In this document: positions 61,086-64,000 of the stretch, in pieces | How positions within the stretch are numbered: position 1 is the stretch's first letter | Layout of the letters: every line of letters begins with the position of its first letter | DNA from: Octopus sinensis | Lineage: Eukaryota | Length of the DNA: 64,000 nt | Reading direction: 5' to 3' | Assembly: GCF_006345805.1 (NCBI RefSeq) | Contig: NC_042997.1 | Location: forward strand, 107,260,001 to 107,324,000 | Made by a program: the position numbers and the translations under genes | Notes under the pieces: model-generated | Told to the model about the DNA's origin: nothing | Databases searched by the model: none | The model's input: only the letters and a program-made list of their open reading frames with translations

Positions 61086-61372
61086 TATATATATATACAT
61101 ATATATAATTTAAAAAACATGTAGTAAATGAATATATACTAAATACAGATGAACAGAAAACATAAGTCACCAACTCCTCTTCAGTTATCAGCCAGAGGGT
61201 CAAAGCACAATTTTGGCCATTATCGATAATATTGCTTCCACTCTGGAGGCACCGTCAAGAAACATGCCAGGAATGGGATCAAAACATAAGACAGGCTCAA
61301 GATTAGACCGTTAGTAAACAGACAAGGGACAAAATGAAGAGAATAAAGTCTTAGGGCCACACAAAAACAACA

Positions 61373-61426
<54 letters not shown>

Positions 61427-61559
61427 TACATACAGTAGTTTACCATTAGTGCAAAATCAAATTAAAATTGAGTAAAAGTTAGAAACAAATTATCACTTTT
61501 TTTTTCATCACTTAAAATTGCAATAACTTTTTTCAATCTGATATCTTTTGAGATAACTG

Positions 61560-61930
61560 ATACCTGTTGAGGCAAGTGAAATCGAATTCGATCAAAATCA
61601 ATGGAAATTGTAATTGTGATACCAGTGCCGGTGGCACGTAAGAGAACCATTTGAACGTGGCCGTTGCCAGCGCTGGCCTCCGTGCCAGTGACATGTAAAA
61701 AGCACCATCCTATCGTGGCCGTTGCCAGCCTCGTATGGCACCTGTGCCGGTGGCATGTAAAAAGCACCCACTACACTCACGGAGTGGTTGGTGTTAGGAA
61801 AGGCATCCAACTGTAGAAACACTGCCAAATCAGACTGGGCCTGGTGCAGCCTTCTGGCTTCCCAGACCTCAGTTGAACTGTCCAACCCATGCTAGCATGG
61901 AAAGCGGACGTTAAACGATGATGATGATGA
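61560..61930 (+). mobile_element. RTE 3' UTR/tail
   Basis: gaggcaagtgaaatc...gtgccggtggcac...tail with (gat)n. Confidence 0.85.
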
Positions 61931-63231
61931 TCTTTTAATGGAGTTTTCAAAAGATTTTACTCATTGAGGTCTTTTAAAAAAATATAATTAAAGTATAGTC
62001 TGCATTTGAAATACCCAAGATATTTTGAGTCAAACATCAATTTTAGGTGTTACCAAGTTTTTGGCTACATAAAGCTGCATAACTTTTTTCAATCTAATAT
62101 CTTTTAATGGGGTTTTCCCCAAAAGCTTCTACTCAAGTTCTTTTAAAAATATATAATTAAAGCATAATTTGATTTTCAAATAACTAAGAAATTATGAATT
62201 AAAGTAAATATCAGACATTACTCTCACATTTTTGGCCCTACACTTTCTATTATAACTTTTTTTCTACTGAACCAAATTTCTATTATTTTATGTGAAAATG
62301 TAGCTTACCAATGGTCCATTGTAGTGCAAAAAAAATGAATTAAGATTGAGTTAAAACTGAATTTTGGTAAAGTGTCAAATTGGCCACAAGTGAGCAAAAG
62401 CTGATCTTAAGAATATTATTCACACACTACCATGTGAATGATATCTATGCGTGTGTGATATGTGTGAATGATATAGGTGTGCGTGTGTGTGTGTCTGTGT
62501 GTGTAAAATGTAAAACTCAACTGTAATCTGGAGCAAATTGATGTATGAGAAGAAATTGTTATTCGTAAAGAATATACATTGAATATTCAAATTTATTTGT
62601 GGCAATTAATTCTACAAATATCTCAATGATTAATATAGTCTACTTGTTACGAAAAAGTAATGAATTCATAATTATTACAAGATCCATTCAGGTAAAAGGA
62701 CTTCTCAGAAAATAGTGAGGTGTTGATTTGGGAAAAGTCCAACAAAATCAGCATCTGAACGAAATTCCTAGACAGCATTGCTGAAAATAAAGAAAAGGTA
62801 GCAAATGTATGCAATATTATTGAAAGTAACTACCACTCTGATATAAATTTTCTCAGTCTACTCAACAAGAGCAGAAGCAGGTTGAAGGCTTCAAGATCTA
62901 TCAAACTGTAAAACAAAAGCTTTTGATGAAAAAAGGCAGAAAACTGGCTTCAAGTCAACACGAGAGATTCTCTCCGTCACTTGTGTTCTCCTTGCTTCCT
63001 TCAGTCCTGGAAATGTAAGGTTCTGTGCTCTCGGGTGAGTGTGAAAGGAAGTCAATGTAGTGATTCCCCTGTGAGAAACTATAATTTGTCATAAAAACCT
63101 GCATGTGATACTAAATAAATAAAAAGCCCTCTGTGTGTGTGTGTGTGTGTGTGTATTCCATGCTGTAAGGTGTTTAGTGTATATAACACATTATATATAT
63201 CCATTAAGTGGTTGATATTGAGTAGACTCAG

Positions 63232-63861
63232 TCAGCTCTGTTTGAATATATACAACATATAGACAGTAACTTGAATGCTTATGAGCAGTCCACAGGCCCA
63301 GTAAGTTGGATAAGCAAAGACATTCTGTTTCAATCTGGTGAATATATAATGTCCAATGGTAGCAATTATATGATGTTTCAAGGCAACAGATAAATGCTGT
63401 CTGAGACCAGCACATAAGTGAGGTATTGTGTAAGGAAACAGAAGGTGTCTGATGCTGGTAAATGCATGAGATATCACAGAAGTAAATGTAAGATGTCCTG
63501 TGCTAGCAAATATATGAGGTTTCACGGCAGGTACTATATGCAGTTGGTTAACAGGAAATATATGATATCTCATGGCACACAATAACTGATCTCTTGTAAC
63601 AATAACGATGTGATGTTTTGTAACAACAAGTATATGATGTTTCAGCACAGAAAATATGCTATCTTTGATGTAACCAAATATATAATGTCTTGTGCCATCT
63701 AATACATAATGTTTGTTCATTTCTGCTAATATAAAATGCCTCATGCAAGCAAATACATGCCGTTTGTTGATGCCAGCTAATAATATAGAATGTGTTTTGC
63801 CAGCAATTGCCCAATGACTTCTCCTGACAAAAACAATGATGTCATACAGCAGCAAATACAT
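63232..63861 (-). CDS. Candidate His-rich octapeptide-repeat protein, possibly a terminal exon from an acceptor at 63824-63826
   Basis: 209-codon ORF with 19 repeats of consensus [KR]-x-H-[IVL]-[FL]-x-x-x and a hydrophobic C-terminus. Candidate acceptor ttgtttttgtcag|g. Confidence 0.55.
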   Translation of the reverse strand: MYLLLYDIIVFVRRSHWAIAGKTHSILLAGINKRHVFACMRHFILAEMNKHYVLDGTRHYIFGYIKDSIFSVLKHHILVVTKHHIVIVTRDQLLCAMRYHIFPVNQLHIVPAVKPHIFASTGHLTFTSVISHAFTSIRHLLFPYTIPHLCAGLRQHLSVALKHHIIATIGHYIFTRLKQNVFAYPTYWACGLLISIQVTVYMLYIFKQS

Positions 63862-64000
63862 GTGATGTCATATTGTAGAGATTTACTTTGTGTTTTATAG
63901 ATTAGCATTTAGAGATGCCTTCTCCCCACACTTCTTCATTGCAGAACATACTGTTTGGAAACGGAAGATATTCAAATATGTGAAACTAGCTCAAAGGCCA

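Noticed and set aside
62690-63015. Possible exon with a minus-strand acceptor (cttacatttccag)
   Set aside because: Short frame ending in a stop, no motif, and no link to either neighbouring ORF.

Overview
Eukaryotic, AT-rich, transposon-dense genomic DNA. The repeat families (RTE LINEs with (GAT)n tails, tRNA-derived SINEs, TA/CA microsatellites) suggest an octopus-like coleoid cephalopod; this is an inference, not a database result. The + strand carries the 3' portion of a B-Raf-type RAF kinase gene in 11 well-supported exons plus one candidate cassette exon (581-30942), from the C1 domain to the stop codon. I assembled it by hand; all junctions are GT-AG and in frame, and one intron is U12-type. 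Convergent on the - strand is the last exon of an uncharacterised gene with a degenerate PLD/nuclease-like fold (49784-50329). At the right edge is a - strand ORF of His-rich octapeptide repeats (63232-63861). Introns and intergenic DNA contain mariner, hAT, Chapaev-like, MULE-like and Helitron-like DNA transposons, RTE and CR1-like LINEs, SINEs, and Penelope/retrozyme-like repeats with minimal hammerhead ribozyme motifs. A young 5'-truncated RTE LINE (55110-59943) has a 3' UTR amplified into a higher-order tandem array. Most ORFs in the supplied track are repeat-derived noise. Repeat boundaries were read by eye and are approximate unless stated.
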